The notes under the pieces were generated by a model. It ran no database searches. It was not told the origin of the DNA and was given only the letters and a program-made list of their open reading frames with translations. Made by a program: the position numbers and the translations under genes. A stretch of 62,437 nucleotides of DNA, filler included, from Planctomycetota bacterium (GTDB lineage: Bacteria > Planctomycetota > Planctomycetia > JALXBF01), in NCBI GenBank assembly GCA_026991575.1. It is 5 parts of 5 records of this genome, joined end to end, with 100 filler letters (N's around TTAATTAATTAA, not from the genome) between each part and the next. Parts side by side here need not be neighbours in the genome. Positions count along the whole stretch, not along the records: positions 25,854 to 51,058 come from JALXBF010000030.1; 4 more parts are not named here. One strand, given 5' to 3'. This document shows, one piece after another, positions 29,569 to 39,540 of the stretch (position 1 is the stretch's first letter; each line of letters begins with the position of its first letter).

Positions 29569-30897
29569 CTACCCTCGCTGGCTGCTGACACGCTGCCGGA
29601 ACCGAGCGAACCGTTCGACGGTCTGTTTCAACGCATCGACGAGTGCGTCGACATCGGCCCGAACATTATAAAGGTAGAAGCTCGCTCGAGTGGACGCGCG
29701 CAATCCGAGCAGTTGGTGCAGCGGCTGCGCGCAGTGATGACCCGCGCGCACGGCCACGCCGTACCGGTCCAGGAACTGGGCAACGTCGTGCGGATGGATT
29801 CCCTCGATCGCAAACGCCACCAGTCCTGAGCGATTGGGCGGTGCTGGCCCCAGCAACCGGATGCCGGGCACCTCCTGTAGCCGCTCAAACGCATAGCTCA
29901 CCAGCAGCTGCTCATGGGCGCGGATGAAGTCCCAACCCACGTCGCGCAGGAAATCGACCGCCGCGCCCAACGCCACGGCCGGTGCCACCGGCGGGGTGCC
30001 CGCTTCAAACTTCCAGGGAAGGTCGTTCCAGGCCGCTTCGTCGAACGTTACCTTCTTGACCATCTCGCCGCCGGTGAACATCGGCGGCATTGCCTCCAAC
30101 AGTTCCAGCTTTCCGTACAGCACACCCACCCCCTCCGGACCACACATCTTGTGACCGGAGAAGGCCAGAAAGTCGCAATCCAGCGCCTGGACATCACAAC
30201 CGAAATGAGGCACGCTCTGGGCACCGTCCACCAGCACCCTGGCTCCTACCCCATGCGCCAACCGCACGATCTCGGCCACCGGAGGTACCGTGCCGAGCAC
30301 GTTCGAGGCACCCGTCACCGCTACCAACTTGGTCCGCTCCGACAGCATCGCTTCCAGCGCGGCCAGGTCCAGCTGGCCGTCTCCGGTCAGCGGTGCAAAA
30401 CGCAGCGTGGCGCCAGTGCGACGACAGACCTGCTGCCACGGCACCAGGTTCGCGTGGTGCTCCATTTGCGTGACCACCACTTCGTCGCCCGGCTTCAGAT
30501 TGGTGCCGCCCCACGACCAGGCGACCAGGTTGATGCTTTCCGTCGTGCCGTGCGTGAAGATCACCTCGGCGGTGGACGATGCGTTGATGAAGCGCGCGAC
30601 TTTCTCGCGGGCAGCCTCGTATGCGGCCGTGGCCTCTTCAGCGATCGTGTAAATGCCGCGATGTACGTTCGCGCTACGAAGGCGGTAATGCTCGGCCAGC
30701 GCATCGATGACCGAGTCGGGTTTCAACGACGTCGCGGCACTGTCCAGGTAGACCAGCCGAACACCGGGCCGCACTTCCCGCCGCAAGATCGGGAAGCGTT
30801 GCCGCAGCTCGGCAGCACGCTGCTCGAGCTGCTCGGCAGTGTACACGGCGTTGGCCGGCCCAGAGGAGGTGAAGGCAGCCTGAGGATCCATGGTCAA
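29569..30897 (-). CDS. sufS: Cysteine desulfurase
   Basis: YLDSAATS, MEHHANLVPW, FSGHKMCGP, EAGTP, RAGHHCAQPL. Confidence 0.95.
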   Translation of the reverse strand: MTMDPQAAFTSSGPANAVYTAEQLEQRAAELRQRFPILRREVRPGVRLVYLDSAATSLKPDSVIDALAEHYRLRSANVHRGIYTIAEEATAAYEAAREKVARFINASSTAEVIFTHGTTESINLVAWSWGGTNLKPGDEVVVTQMEHHANLVPWQQVCRRTGATLRFAPLTGDGQLDLAALEAMLSERTKLVAVTGASNVLGTVPPVAEIVRLAHGVGARVLVDGAQSVPHFGCDVQALDCDFLAFSGHKMCGPEGVGVLYGKLELLEAMPPMFTGGEMVKKVTFDEAAWNDLPWKFEAGTPPVAPAVALGAAVDFLRDVGWDFIRAHEQLLVSYAFERLQEVPGIRLLGPAPPNRSGLVAFAIEGIHPHDVAQFLDRYGVAVRAGHHCAQPLHQLLGLRASTRASFYLYNVRADVDALVDALKQTVERFARFRQRVSSQRG

Positions 30898-31023
30898 GAC
30901 CTCAAGGAACCACGGTGAGTCGCTGCCCTGACGGCAGGTCGCGAAGCTATCTGTTCCATTCTAGGGCGGCTGCGGGGGCCGTCCCCGTAGAATCAGCGGG
31001 TGATCCTGTCGGAGCAACGGGCC

Positions 31024-32307
31024 ATGGCCGAATCCGTACGGTTGACCGTTCTGCGCGAAATCCTGCGCTACGTCCAGAGCTTTCGAGACCGAACGTTCGT
31101 GATCGCTCTGGACAGCGGCCTGCTGTGCGACCCCAGCCTGGCGAACCTGCTTGTCGACATCGCCCTGCTCCACAGTATCAACATCCGCCCCATCGTCGTG
31201 GCTGACCTCGCCGCCGAACTGACCCGCCTGCAGCCAGAGATCAGTCCGGAGGTGGCCGCTGCGCTGGCACCGGTTCCGCCTCAGACCATGACGGCAGTGT
31301 GCCGAGCCAGTGGCGAGGTGTGCGAGACGCTGCTGAGCGGGTTTTGCTCCGTGGACCTTCCCACTGCGCTGGCGCCGGCCATTGTGGCCCACCCGGCCGG
31401 CATCCGCGGCGGGATCGACTGGCAGTATGCTGGCCGGATCGATCGTATCGACGCCCCGCTGTTGCACCGGCTCATCGATGCCCGGATCGTTCCGATCCTT
31501 CTTCCGATCGGATTCGACGGTGAGGGGCACTCCTATCTGGTCAATGCCGATGAGGCCGCAGCCGAGGTGGCCGCGGCGCTGGCAGCCGCCAAGCTGCTTT
31601 ACGTGACAACCGCGCCGGGACTGCAGCTCCAGGGACAACTCGTGCGCCAACTCCGATTGGAGGAGGCAACGGAACTGCTGGCGGCCGATCCTCCCTTGCC
31701 GGTCGCGCTGAGGCAGAAGCTGCGGTGCGCGTGCCGCGCGTGCCGGGGCGGCGTGGAGCGAGTGCACCTGGTGGACGGCCGCGTTGAGGAAGGGCTGCTG
31801 GCGGAGGTCTTTTCAGCCGAAGGCGTCGGCACGCTGATCCACCGCGATGAGTATGCAGCGATCCGGCCCGCCGGCCCGAAAGACGCTCCGGAAATCTTCC
31901 GCCTGCTGCAACCGGCCATCGCAAACGAGGAGCTGCTGCCAAGGACCCTGGATGAAATCCGCTCGCTGACCGATCGCTTCCTCGTCTACGATCTGGACGG
32001 AACGATCGTCGGCTGCGTAGCCGTGATCCCCTACGCCGAATCGCAGCAGGCGGAGATTGCCTGCCTGGCCGTGGATGACGCATACGAGCATCAGGGGATC
32101 GGGCGGCGGCTGGTTGAGGTGGCACTCAGGCGGGCGCGAGAATCGGGCGCTCAGGAAGCGTTTGTGCTAACCACGCAAGCGGCAAACTACTTCCGCACGA
32201 AATTCGGCTTCGAAGACAGCACGCCGGAGAACCTGCCACCGGACCGCCATGCGCGCTGGCTGGCCAGCGGCCGCAACTCCCGCGTCCTGCGCAAACGACT
32301 GGATTAG
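31024..32307 (+). CDS. argA: Amino-acid N-acetyltransferase (AAK + GNAT)
   Basis: GVERVHLVDG, LLAEVFSAEGVGTL, AEIACLAV, LTTQA, RNSRV. Confidence 0.9.
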   Translation: MAESVRLTVLREILRYVQSFRDRTFVIALDSGLLCDPSLANLLVDIALLHSINIRPIVVADLAAELTRLQPEISPEVAAALAPVPPQTMTAVCRASGEVCETLLSGFCSVDLPTALAPAIVAHPAGIRGGIDWQYAGRIDRIDAPLLHRLIDARIVPILLPIGFDGEGHSYLVNADEAAAEVAAALAAAKLLYVTTAPGLQLQGQLVRQLRLEEATELLAADPPLPVALRQKLRCACRACRGGVERVHLVDGRVEEGLLAEVFSAEGVGTLIHRDEYAAIRPAGPKDAPEIFRLLQPAIANEELLPRTLDEIRSLTDRFLVYDLDGTIVGCVAVIPYAESQQAEIACLAVDDAYEHQGIGRRLVEVALRRARESGAQEAFVLTTQAANYFRTKFGFEDSTPENLPPDRHARWLASGRNSRVLRKRLD

Positions 32308-32466
32308 CGCGACCGCACACGCGCCTCGCGAGCTTGCCCGCGGCCAGATTCACCACCACGCCCACCCCGCCGGCTTGACCCGGAGATCCTGCGACACGGC
32401 ACTGGCGGTGCACGGTTCGGGTCGGCGGCCCACTCTGGGCGACGTCCCCTTCTACCACCGTGTGAC

Positions 32467-34509
32467 CTACTCGTGCAGCGGCACCGGAAGCTTTCGCCTT
32501 GGGCCAGCATCCTTCCAGTTGAACGGCCGGAGGCCCAGCTTCGTCGCGGGTGAACCGGGTCGGAGTCCAAAGTCCAACGCGTACGCGTCGGCAAATAACG
32601 GATCGGCCACAATGGAATGCTCATCGTGACCGAGCGCCTGCCACCGCTCCAGTGACCGGTTGCCCGGGAAGGTGACCGGGCCTGAGTAGTTCCAGTAGAG
32701 GTTGTGATCAAGCACAAGGCGTGCTTTGGTCCAGGCGCCGGTCATGAGCGCCCCCTGATCGTAGACCACGATGTTCCGCTCGAAGTAAAAACTGATGTGC
32801 GGTTCAGGTCGGGTGAGCTGCAGCTGCTGGACGCGGCTGAACGCGAAAATGTTGTTCACCACGCGATTCTCCCTGCCGTAATGCTGATGGAACCCGCCGG
32901 TCTTCGTGCGGTACACCAGGTTCTCGGTGATCTCTAGGAACGAACTGCCCTCGTCCGGGTAAATCCCCCAGCCGCCGTAGCTGTACGACTCAACGTCGTA
33001 GATGACGTTCCCGCGAAGGATCGTGCCCGGGGAGATGCCCAGCGTGTAGATCCCCCCCATGTCGCTCAACACGCCCCGGCCGACATTGTGGATTACGTTC
33101 TTGACGATCCGGTTATGGTGTGCCGTCGAAGGCGCATAGCCCCAGCTCCAGCCCACGGAGATGCCCGTGTAGAAGAGGTCACAGATATGGTTATGCTCCA
33201 CGGTATTGTACGATGCCCGACCGATCCAGACGCCGACGGCGGCGTGGTAGACACGACCCGTAGACCGGATCAGGCAATCGCGCACCACGTTGTGCTCGGC
33301 GCGCCTTCGAGGCTCCTTTGGCAATCCGGTCTGGCCGATGCGCACCCCACCGGCTCCGAGGTCTACGAACGCACACGCCTCCACCACGTTGTGCTGGCAC
33401 CCTTCGTCCAACCACAACCCATATGTGCCAACGTGCCGAACAACGCAATCACGCCAGTAGCAATGACGGGCACCGTAGGCGTGCACTGCCGCCGTCTTCA
33501 GAAACGCGGCCGCCTGGCCATCACACCGCTCATCGCGTCCAAGCCGCCAGTCGGCATACTCGAAGACGAGTCCCTCGAACCCGACGTGCGCAACATAGCG
33601 CTCTGACCGCGCATCGCCGGACAGAACGAGTAACTCGGTCAGTTCCGGCAACACTGCTTCGGTTCGTTCCGGGTGCTCACCCGGCAGCGGCTTGTACAGC
33701 AGGACTCTGTGCCCGGCGTCAAAGTACCATTCGCCCGCCGCATCCAACGCCGCCCGGCAGTTTTCCAGGTACCACCGTGCCCGCCGGTCCCAGTAGCCGA
33801 CCGGCCAGTTTGACGGCGCGGTGAAGCGGACCGTACCCGCTGCCGGGTCCAATTCCTTGATGTGGTGTCGGGAGGCCGTCCAGGAGTGGAACAGGAGGAT
33901 TTCCGCCTCAGGCAGGTCCGAGGGAGTGATGTCGCGGAGGTCGTCCGGTTGCACGCGGATCCCCAACCGAGTTTCCAGCCGCTTGCGCGCTTCGGTTCGG
34001 TCCTGCCACGGGACGAGCGGACCGAGAATCCGGAAATAGCCCGCATTGGGACTGCGAGCCCGGGTACGCCGCCCACCGTTGATGAACAGCTGCTGCACCT
34101 CAGTCCGATCGGGCACTCGGAGCTCCCACAGGCCATCGCCCCGCTGGCGCCACGCTGACCAAGCACGCCCCCCGCGGATGAATACCTTACCAGGCTGGGC
34201 AGCCCGGAACACCGTCGGGCCGCTCTCCGTGCCTGATACTCCAGGGTCGATGCGCCACGGTTCGCTCAAGACGTACACGCCCGGTGCGATCACCACGGTC
34301 ACCCGTCCTTTGAAACCTGTGCTCCGCAGCTCGCGGACCGCTTCGGTTGCCCGGTGCAGTGACCGAAACGGTCCCTGCTTGCGGGCCGGATCCGCGGTAG
34401 CGGCCGTGCCGGACCAACCGTCGTTACCCGTCGGGGAGACGTAGAAACGGTGCTCGTCGGTGGATCCGATCACGAGCCCGGCGAGGAGAACGGTCCAGGG
34501 CGCAGTCAT
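32467..34509 (-). CDS. Secreted right-handed parallel beta-helix protein (polysaccharide lyase/GH-like)
   Basis: FYVSPTGNDGWSG, LDAAGEWY, YTGISVGWSWGY, LSDMGGIYTLG, GWGIYPDEGSS. Confidence 0.85.
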   Translation of the reverse strand: MTAPWTVLLAGLVIGSTDEHRFYVSPTGNDGWSGTAATADPARKQGPFRSLHRATEAVRELRSTGFKGRVTVVIAPGVYVLSEPWRIDPGVSGTESGPTVFRAAQPGKVFIRGGRAWSAWRQRGDGLWELRVPDRTEVQQLFINGGRRTRARSPNAGYFRILGPLVPWQDRTEARKRLETRLGIRVQPDDLRDITPSDLPEAEILLFHSWTASRHHIKELDPAAGTVRFTAPSNWPVGYWDRRARWYLENCRAALDAAGEWYFDAGHRVLLYKPLPGEHPERTEAVLPELTELLVLSGDARSERYVAHVGFEGLVFEYADWRLGRDERCDGQAAAFLKTAAVHAYGARHCYWRDCVVRHVGTYGLWLDEGCQHNVVEACAFVDLGAGGVRIGQTGLPKEPRRRAEHNVVRDCLIRSTGRVYHAAVGVWIGRASYNTVEHNHICDLFYTGISVGWSWGYAPSTAHHNRIVKNVIHNVGRGVLSDMGGIYTLGISPGTILRGNVIYDVESYSYGGWGIYPDEGSSFLEITENLVYRTKTGGFHQHYGRENRVVNNIFAFSRVQQLQLTRPEPHISFYFERNIVVYDQGALMTGAWTKARLVLDHNLYWNYSGPVTFPGNRSLERWQALGHDEHSIVADPLFADAYALDFGLRPGSPATKLGLRPFNWKDAGPRRKLPVPLHE

Positions 34510-34623
34510 CGTGCGATGTCTCCATCGGGTTGCTTGGAGGCTAGCTCGGCAGGCAGCAGTTGAGGCGGGATGAGGATCAACGACCGCGTGTGACGGTCGA
34601 GGCACAAGCGGTGGGGTATGTTC

Positions 34624-35145
34624 CTATGTTACCTGGTTTCGCCGGTGGAACTCCTCAGTCGCCTCCTCGATAGCAGACCGGTTCGGCTCGCAATCGCGCA
34701 TGGATTTCAGGTGCTCGATCGCTCGCTCCAGCGGCCAGCCGCGGACCCAGTGCAGGTACGCTGCCGCCACGCTCGGAGCCCGGCCCACGCCGGCAGAACA
34801 GTGCAGGTACACACGGGGACGCGTTCGAATCAGCTCGTCTAACACGTGCACCGCCTCCGGTAGGTGGGCCACCAGATCGATCGGATCGCCATCCCGGATC
34901 GGCACCCGGTAGGGCTCAATATCCTCGGCAGCATACCATTGCTCGTAATCGTGCCACTGACGCCCAAAGGCATACAGGTCTTCGTCCGTTTGCAGGCACA
35001 GGACCGAGCGGACCCCCTCTTCGGCCAGGAGGCGGATGTGGGTTGGCCCTGCCGGAAATGACCCGACCAGCAACTCAGGCAATGGCTCGCAGTAGTCCAT
35101 GGGCCGAATGCTCCCTGTTGACAGGTAGACGAAACGTTGGGCCAT
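34624..35145 (-). CDS. Dual-specificity protein phosphatase
   Basis: VYLHCSAGVGRA (HCxxGxxR). Confidence 0.9.
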   Translation of the reverse strand: MAQRFVYLSTGSIRPMDYCEPLPELLVGSFPAGPTHIRLLAEEGVRSVLCLQTDEDLYAFGRQWHDYEQWYAAEDIEPYRVPIRDGDPIDLVAHLPEAVHVLDELIRTRPRVYLHCSAGVGRAPSVAAAYLHWVRGWPLERAIEHLKSMRDCEPNRSAIEEATEEFHRRNQVT

Positions 35146-35247
35146 GCCATTATGGCTGTATCCGGCCCGGTCGGCGGCGCGCGCTGCTATAGTGGTCTAC
35201 GGTGTCCCGAGATTGTGCCCAAGCGGCAGTGTGTCCGGAAGATCACC

Positions 35248-38200
35248 ATGAGAGCTACCTTAATTGCACGATTCTGTGTGCTAACGGCTGTGGTCGTTGG
35301 TGCGGCCACTGGCTTCTCAAACGACGCTGCGGGCAACAAGGATATCAGCTCGGCTGCACGGACCGAACGGAAGCTGAACGGCCGAACGCTGTTCTTGCCG
35401 GAGGGGTTCGAGGTCGAGCTAGCGGCAGGTCCCCCGCTAGTGGAACGGCCGATTTGCATTGCGTTCGATGACCGGGGCCGGTTGTACGTGGCGGAAAGCT
35501 CAGGCTCGAACGATCCGGTCCAGGTGCAGCTGAAGAAGCGACCGCACCGCATTCTCCGGCTGGAGGATACCGACGGCGACGGCAAGTACGATCGTCGCAC
35601 CGTGTTCGCCGACCGGATGATGTTCCCAGAAGGGGTACTGTGGTACCGCGGTTCGGTCTACGTAGCGGCACCGCCAAGCATCTGGAAGCTGACCGACACG
35701 GACGGCGACGGCGTGGCGGACGTGCGGCAGGAGTGGTTCCTGGGCAAGACGCTGACCCACTGTGCAAACGACCTGCACGGGCCATACCTGGGGCCGGATG
35801 GCCGACTGTACTGGTGCAAGGGGGCGTTTGCCGAGCAGAGGTACCCGCGTTTCGGGGGAGAGGTCTTTGTTACCCGTGCCGCACACATTTTCCGCTGTCC
35901 GGTGGACGCACCGCTTGAGCCGTCCACCAACGCGGTCGACCCGCGATATGTGGAGCCGGTGATGACGGGCGGCATGGACAACCCGGTCGAAGTGGTATTC
36001 ACCCCGGAAGGCGAGCTAATTTTCTCGACCACGTTTCTGGTTCATCCGGGCGGAGGCTTACGTGACGGCCTGATTCATGCGATCTACGGCGGGGTCTACG
36101 GTAAGGACCAGCCGGCGATCGAAGGCCATCGGAGAACCGGTGAGCTGATGCCGGTGCTGCTGCACCTTGGGCCGGCCGCAGCGTGTGGCCTGGAGCGGTA
36201 CCAGAGTGGTGTGTTCGGGCGGTCATTCACAAACAACCTTTTCGTCTGCGCGTTCAACTTACACGAAGTCTTCCGCGTGCAGCTCACGCCCGAAGGCGCC
36301 AGCTACCGAGCCACGGCCACACCGTTCTTCGGATCACCGGACGTTGACTTCCATCCGACCGATGTTGCTGAGGACGCGGACGGCAGCCTGCTGGTAGTCG
36401 ACACGGGGGGATGGTACAAGCTTTGCTGCCCCAGCTCCCAACTATGGAAACCCGACGTGCTCGGGGCGATCTATCGTATCCGACGCCGGGGAGCAGGGGG
36501 GCCGGAGGATCCGTGGGGGCGAGCCATTCGATGGCAGCGGTTAGGTCCGCAGGAGCTGGTGCGGTACCTGGGGGATCCCCGCCCGATGGTCCACTGGCAG
36601 GCGGTCGACCGGTTGGCACAAGCAGGTGACCGGGCCGTGCCTGTGCTGGCGGAGGTGCTTGTTGGCGATGCACCGCTGACTGCTCGACTCGGTGCCATCT
36701 GGGCGTTGAGTCGCATCGGCACGGCGGCGGCGTTGCGTCAGGTGCGTGGGGTGCTGGAGCGTGAGTCGCCCGAGCAGCTGACGCGCGCAGCGCTGCATGT
36801 TGTGAGCCTCTACCGGGACGAAGCTGCGACGCAGCGCCTGATCGAGCTGCTCGAAGCAACCAGCCCGTACGTTCGCCGCCGAGCGGCCGAGGCGCTCGGG
36901 AGAATCAGAGCCAGAGAGGCTGTGCCGCGACTGCTGGCTGCAGCTGCCCGAGTCGCAGACCGTGCCGAGGAGCACGCGGTCATCTATGCATTGATCGAAA
37001 TTGGCGACGTGACGGCCACACGCCGCGGGTTGGCCGAGCGGAACGAACCGGCCGTGCGCCGGGCGGCGCTGATCGCGTTGGACCAGATGCGGCACTCAGA
37101 CCTCCGACCCCGCGATGTCCTGCCGTTGCTGTTCGCCAGCGACCAGGCCTTGCGTAGCGCCGCCCGCTGGGTACTGTCGCACCGTGCCGACTGGGGTAAA
37201 GCGGCCGTGGGCTTTCTGCGCGAGCACCTGACTGTTCCTCCCAGCAACCAGCACAGTCGCGAGGCGCTGGCGACACTGCTGCGTACGTTTGCCTCGGAAC
37301 CGGCCGTACAGCAGTTCCTGGCGGAGTTGTTTCGCGGGCCGGGCCGACGCGAACTGAAGCGATTCGTCCTCGAGCAGCTTGCCGTCTCCAGCGCACGTCG
37401 TCTCGACGCATCGCTGGCCGAGTCGCTGGCGGAGCTCTTGGAGGCCGAGGGCGCGCAGCCGAGCGGGCTCACGGCCGCTGCCGTCGAAGTCCTGTTCCGC
37501 GCGGCGGCAGGCGGTGCTCATCCCCGCCTGCAGACGGCCCTTGCCGCACTTGCCCGGCGAAGCGATCTGCCCGACGAGCTACGGCTGAAAGCGCTGGTGG
37601 CCACTCCGGGACAGTTACCCACGCTGGATGAGGCACTGTTTGAGTATCTGCTGCAGCGGCTCGCGCCACAGGAACCGGTTAGCACGCGAGCGCTAGCCAG
37701 CCGCGCGTTGACCAAGGCGTCGCTAACCAAAGCCCAGGTCCTCCGGTTGACGCGGCTCCTGCCGGAACTCGGACCGCTGGAGGTCGAGCAATTGCTGTTG
37801 GTCTACCGGAACTGGGACGACGAGCAGGTGGCGCGCGAGCTGTTGCACGCGCTGCGGTCGGCACCGGCCCGCACGGCGCTGAACCTGCAGCTTATCAACC
37901 AGCGCCGCAGGCAGTACCCTGCCGCGATGCAGCGCGTGTTGGAGGAACTGGCCAAGCTGGTGGAGGCCGAAATAGCGCGTCGCCGGGAGCATATCGTGGA
38001 GCTCTATCGCTCGTTACCGCCAGGCGACGTTCGCCGCGGACAAAAGGTGTTCCTGAGCAGCAAAGCTGCCTGCTCAGCCTGCCACGCGATCGGCTACCTG
38101 GGCGGTCGTGTCGGACCGGACCTGACGCGCATCGGACGCGTACGCAGTAAGCTGGAATTGTTGGAAGCAATCATCGATCCGTCAGCCAGCATCATCCGAA

Positions 38201-38439
38201 GTTATGAGCCAGTGCTGGTGATGACCAAGGAGGGCAAGGTGATCAACGGGCTGATCCAGCGCGAGACTGCAGAGGAGTTGGAGCTGGTAACCGGCCCGAA
38301 CCAGACGGTGACCGTTCGGCGCGCAGACATCGAGGCGATGCGTGTGAGCAACGTGTCGATCATGCCTGCAGGCCTGGACCAGCAGTTGAGTCGTCAGGAG
38401 CTAGCCGACCTGCTGGAGTTCCTGGCCAATTGCCGATGA
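35248..38439 (+). CDS. PVC-type membrane-bound dehydrogenase domain protein with HEAT repeats and c-type heme
   Basis: LPEGFEVEL, LEDTDGDG repeats, HEAT-like repeats, CSACH heme motif, GPDLT, S.MP.GL. Confidence 0.9.
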   Translation: MRATLIARFCVLTAVVVGAATGFSNDAAGNKDISSAARTERKLNGRTLFLPEGFEVELAAGPPLVERPICIAFDDRGRLYVAESSGSNDPVQVQLKKRPHRILRLEDTDGDGKYDRRTVFADRMMFPEGVLWYRGSVYVAAPPSIWKLTDTDGDGVADVRQEWFLGKTLTHCANDLHGPYLGPDGRLYWCKGAFAEQRYPRFGGEVFVTRAAHIFRCPVDAPLEPSTNAVDPRYVEPVMTGGMDNPVEVVFTPEGELIFSTTFLVHPGGGLRDGLIHAIYGGVYGKDQPAIEGHRRTGELMPVLLHLGPAAACGLERYQSGVFGRSFTNNLFVCAFNLHEVFRVQLTPEGASYRATATPFFGSPDVDFHPTDVAEDADGSLLVVDTGGWYKLCCPSSQLWKPDVLGAIYRIRRRGAGGPEDPWGRAIRWQRLGPQELVRYLGDPRPMVHWQAVDRLAQAGDRAVPVLAEVLVGDAPLTARLGAIWALSRIGTAAALRQVRGVLERESPEQLTRAALHVVSLYRDEAATQRLIELLEATSPYVRRRAAEALGRIRAREAVPRLLAAAARVADRAEEHAVIYALIEIGDVTATRRGLAERNEPAVRRAALIALDQMRHSDLRPRDVLPLLFASDQALRSAARWVLSHRADWGKAAVGFLREHLTVPPSNQHSREALATLLRTFASEPAVQQFLAELFRGPGRRELKRFVLEQLAVSSARRLDASLAESLAELLEAEGAQPSGLTAAAVEVLFRAAAGGAHPRLQTALAALARRSDLPDELRLKALVATPGQLPTLDEALFEYLLQRLAPQEPVSTRALASRALTKASLTKAQVLRLTRLLPELGPLEVEQLLLVYRNWDDEQVARELLHALRSAPARTALNLQLINQRRRQYPAAMQRVLEELAKLVEAEIARRREHIVELYRSLPPGDVRRGQKVFLSSKAACSACHAIGYLGGRVGPDLTRIGRVRSKLELLEAIIDPSASIIRSYEPVLVMTKEGKVINGLIQRETAEELELVTGPNQTVTVRRADIEAMRVSNVSIMPAGLDQQLSRQELADLLEFLANCR

Positions 38440-38557
38440 CGTGCTCGGTTCAGCCAGCAGCGGCGCTGGCTCAGCGGACCGGCGGAAGACGACGAGGCTA
38501 GGCACGTGCGTGCGGCTCTGAAGTGATGGTCGCTTCAGTCGACGGGGGCAGTTGCTC

Positions 38558-39118
38558 ATGAACCTGAAGCCGGTCAGTGATGCGTTCGAGATCGTGCTCC
38601 GCGAGATTCAAGCGACGTTGGAAGATATCAAAGACGAAGCGGCTGCGGCGATGCGCTCAGGCGACTTCCAACGCGCACGCCACCTGCTCGGTTGTGCGGA
38701 ACGGGTCGAAGCGTTTCGCGACGAGGTCCACGACTTCCAGAAGCGCTGGCCCCGGCTCTTCAGCGAAGATGCCACCCCGGTGGGCCGCGCTCGGCGGAAG
38801 CGGCGGCGCAGGCGCGTCGGCATCCCTGGCAAGGCGTTCCGCCGACCGATTCTGGAGGCACTCGTGGAGCTCGGCGGACGGGCCTCCATCCAGGACGTGC
38901 TGCATTTGGTCGAGCAGAAACTGAAGGACAAGCTTACCAAGGACGACTACGAGCCGCTACCGTCGCTGCCGGATACGCCCAGGTGGCGCCATAAGGCTCA
39001 GGTGTGCCGGGCCGCGCTGGTCAAGCGTGGCTTGGTGTTGCCGAGCAGCGAGATGGGTATCTGGGAGATTTCCGAGGCGGGTCGCCGCTGGCTGGAAGAG
39101 CATCGCGAAGAATCGTAG
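38558..39118 (+). CDS. Stand-alone Mrr N-terminal-like winged-helix protein
   Basis: FRRPILEALVELGG..PRWR..LVKRG..GIWEISEAG; no nuclease domain follows. Confidence 0.7.
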   Translation: MNLKPVSDAFEIVLREIQATLEDIKDEAAAAMRSGDFQRARHLLGCAERVEAFRDEVHDFQKRWPRLFSEDATPVGRARRKRRRRRVGIPGKAFRRPILEALVELGGRASIQDVLHLVEQKLKDKLTKDDYEPLPSLPDTPRWRHKAQVCRAALVKRGLVLPSSEMGIWEISEAGRRWLEEHREES

Positions 39119-39540
39119 TGCTGCCGCCGCGGGCCGACCGTGGCAGAGGGCCGCGAACCGTCCCGTGAACCCCCTGTGGCCGTGATGGCCACTGTTCGGC
39201 CCCGGCTCATCGAGCCAGCGTGCCGGAAAAGCGGGCCATGGGTTGAAAGCCATCTCGGCGATCCATCGGGCCTTGTGTGCTGCAGCGGCGTGCAACAGGG
39301 CTGGTCGAGCCGGTGCTACGTGATGACGGGCCGGGGACAAAGCCTACACAATCGATAGAACTGACACATCCGGCACGACTCGAATTACATCGTCTGTCTT
39401 GCGCTGCTTTCCCTTAACTCCTAGACTCCGGGTTGTATATTTCCAGTGACACGTTCGTGTGCACGTCACCAACGCATGTTGAACGCTGGCAACAGCCGGG
39501 ACATGACGGCGGTTGGTTCGAACGTTCAAGGGGGGAGTTC

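Noticed and set aside
39410..39450. AT-rich stretch containing TGTATATT near xerC as a dif site
   Set aside because: The flanks do not match XerC/XerD arms (no TTATGTTAAA-like half); more likely the promoter region of the regulator
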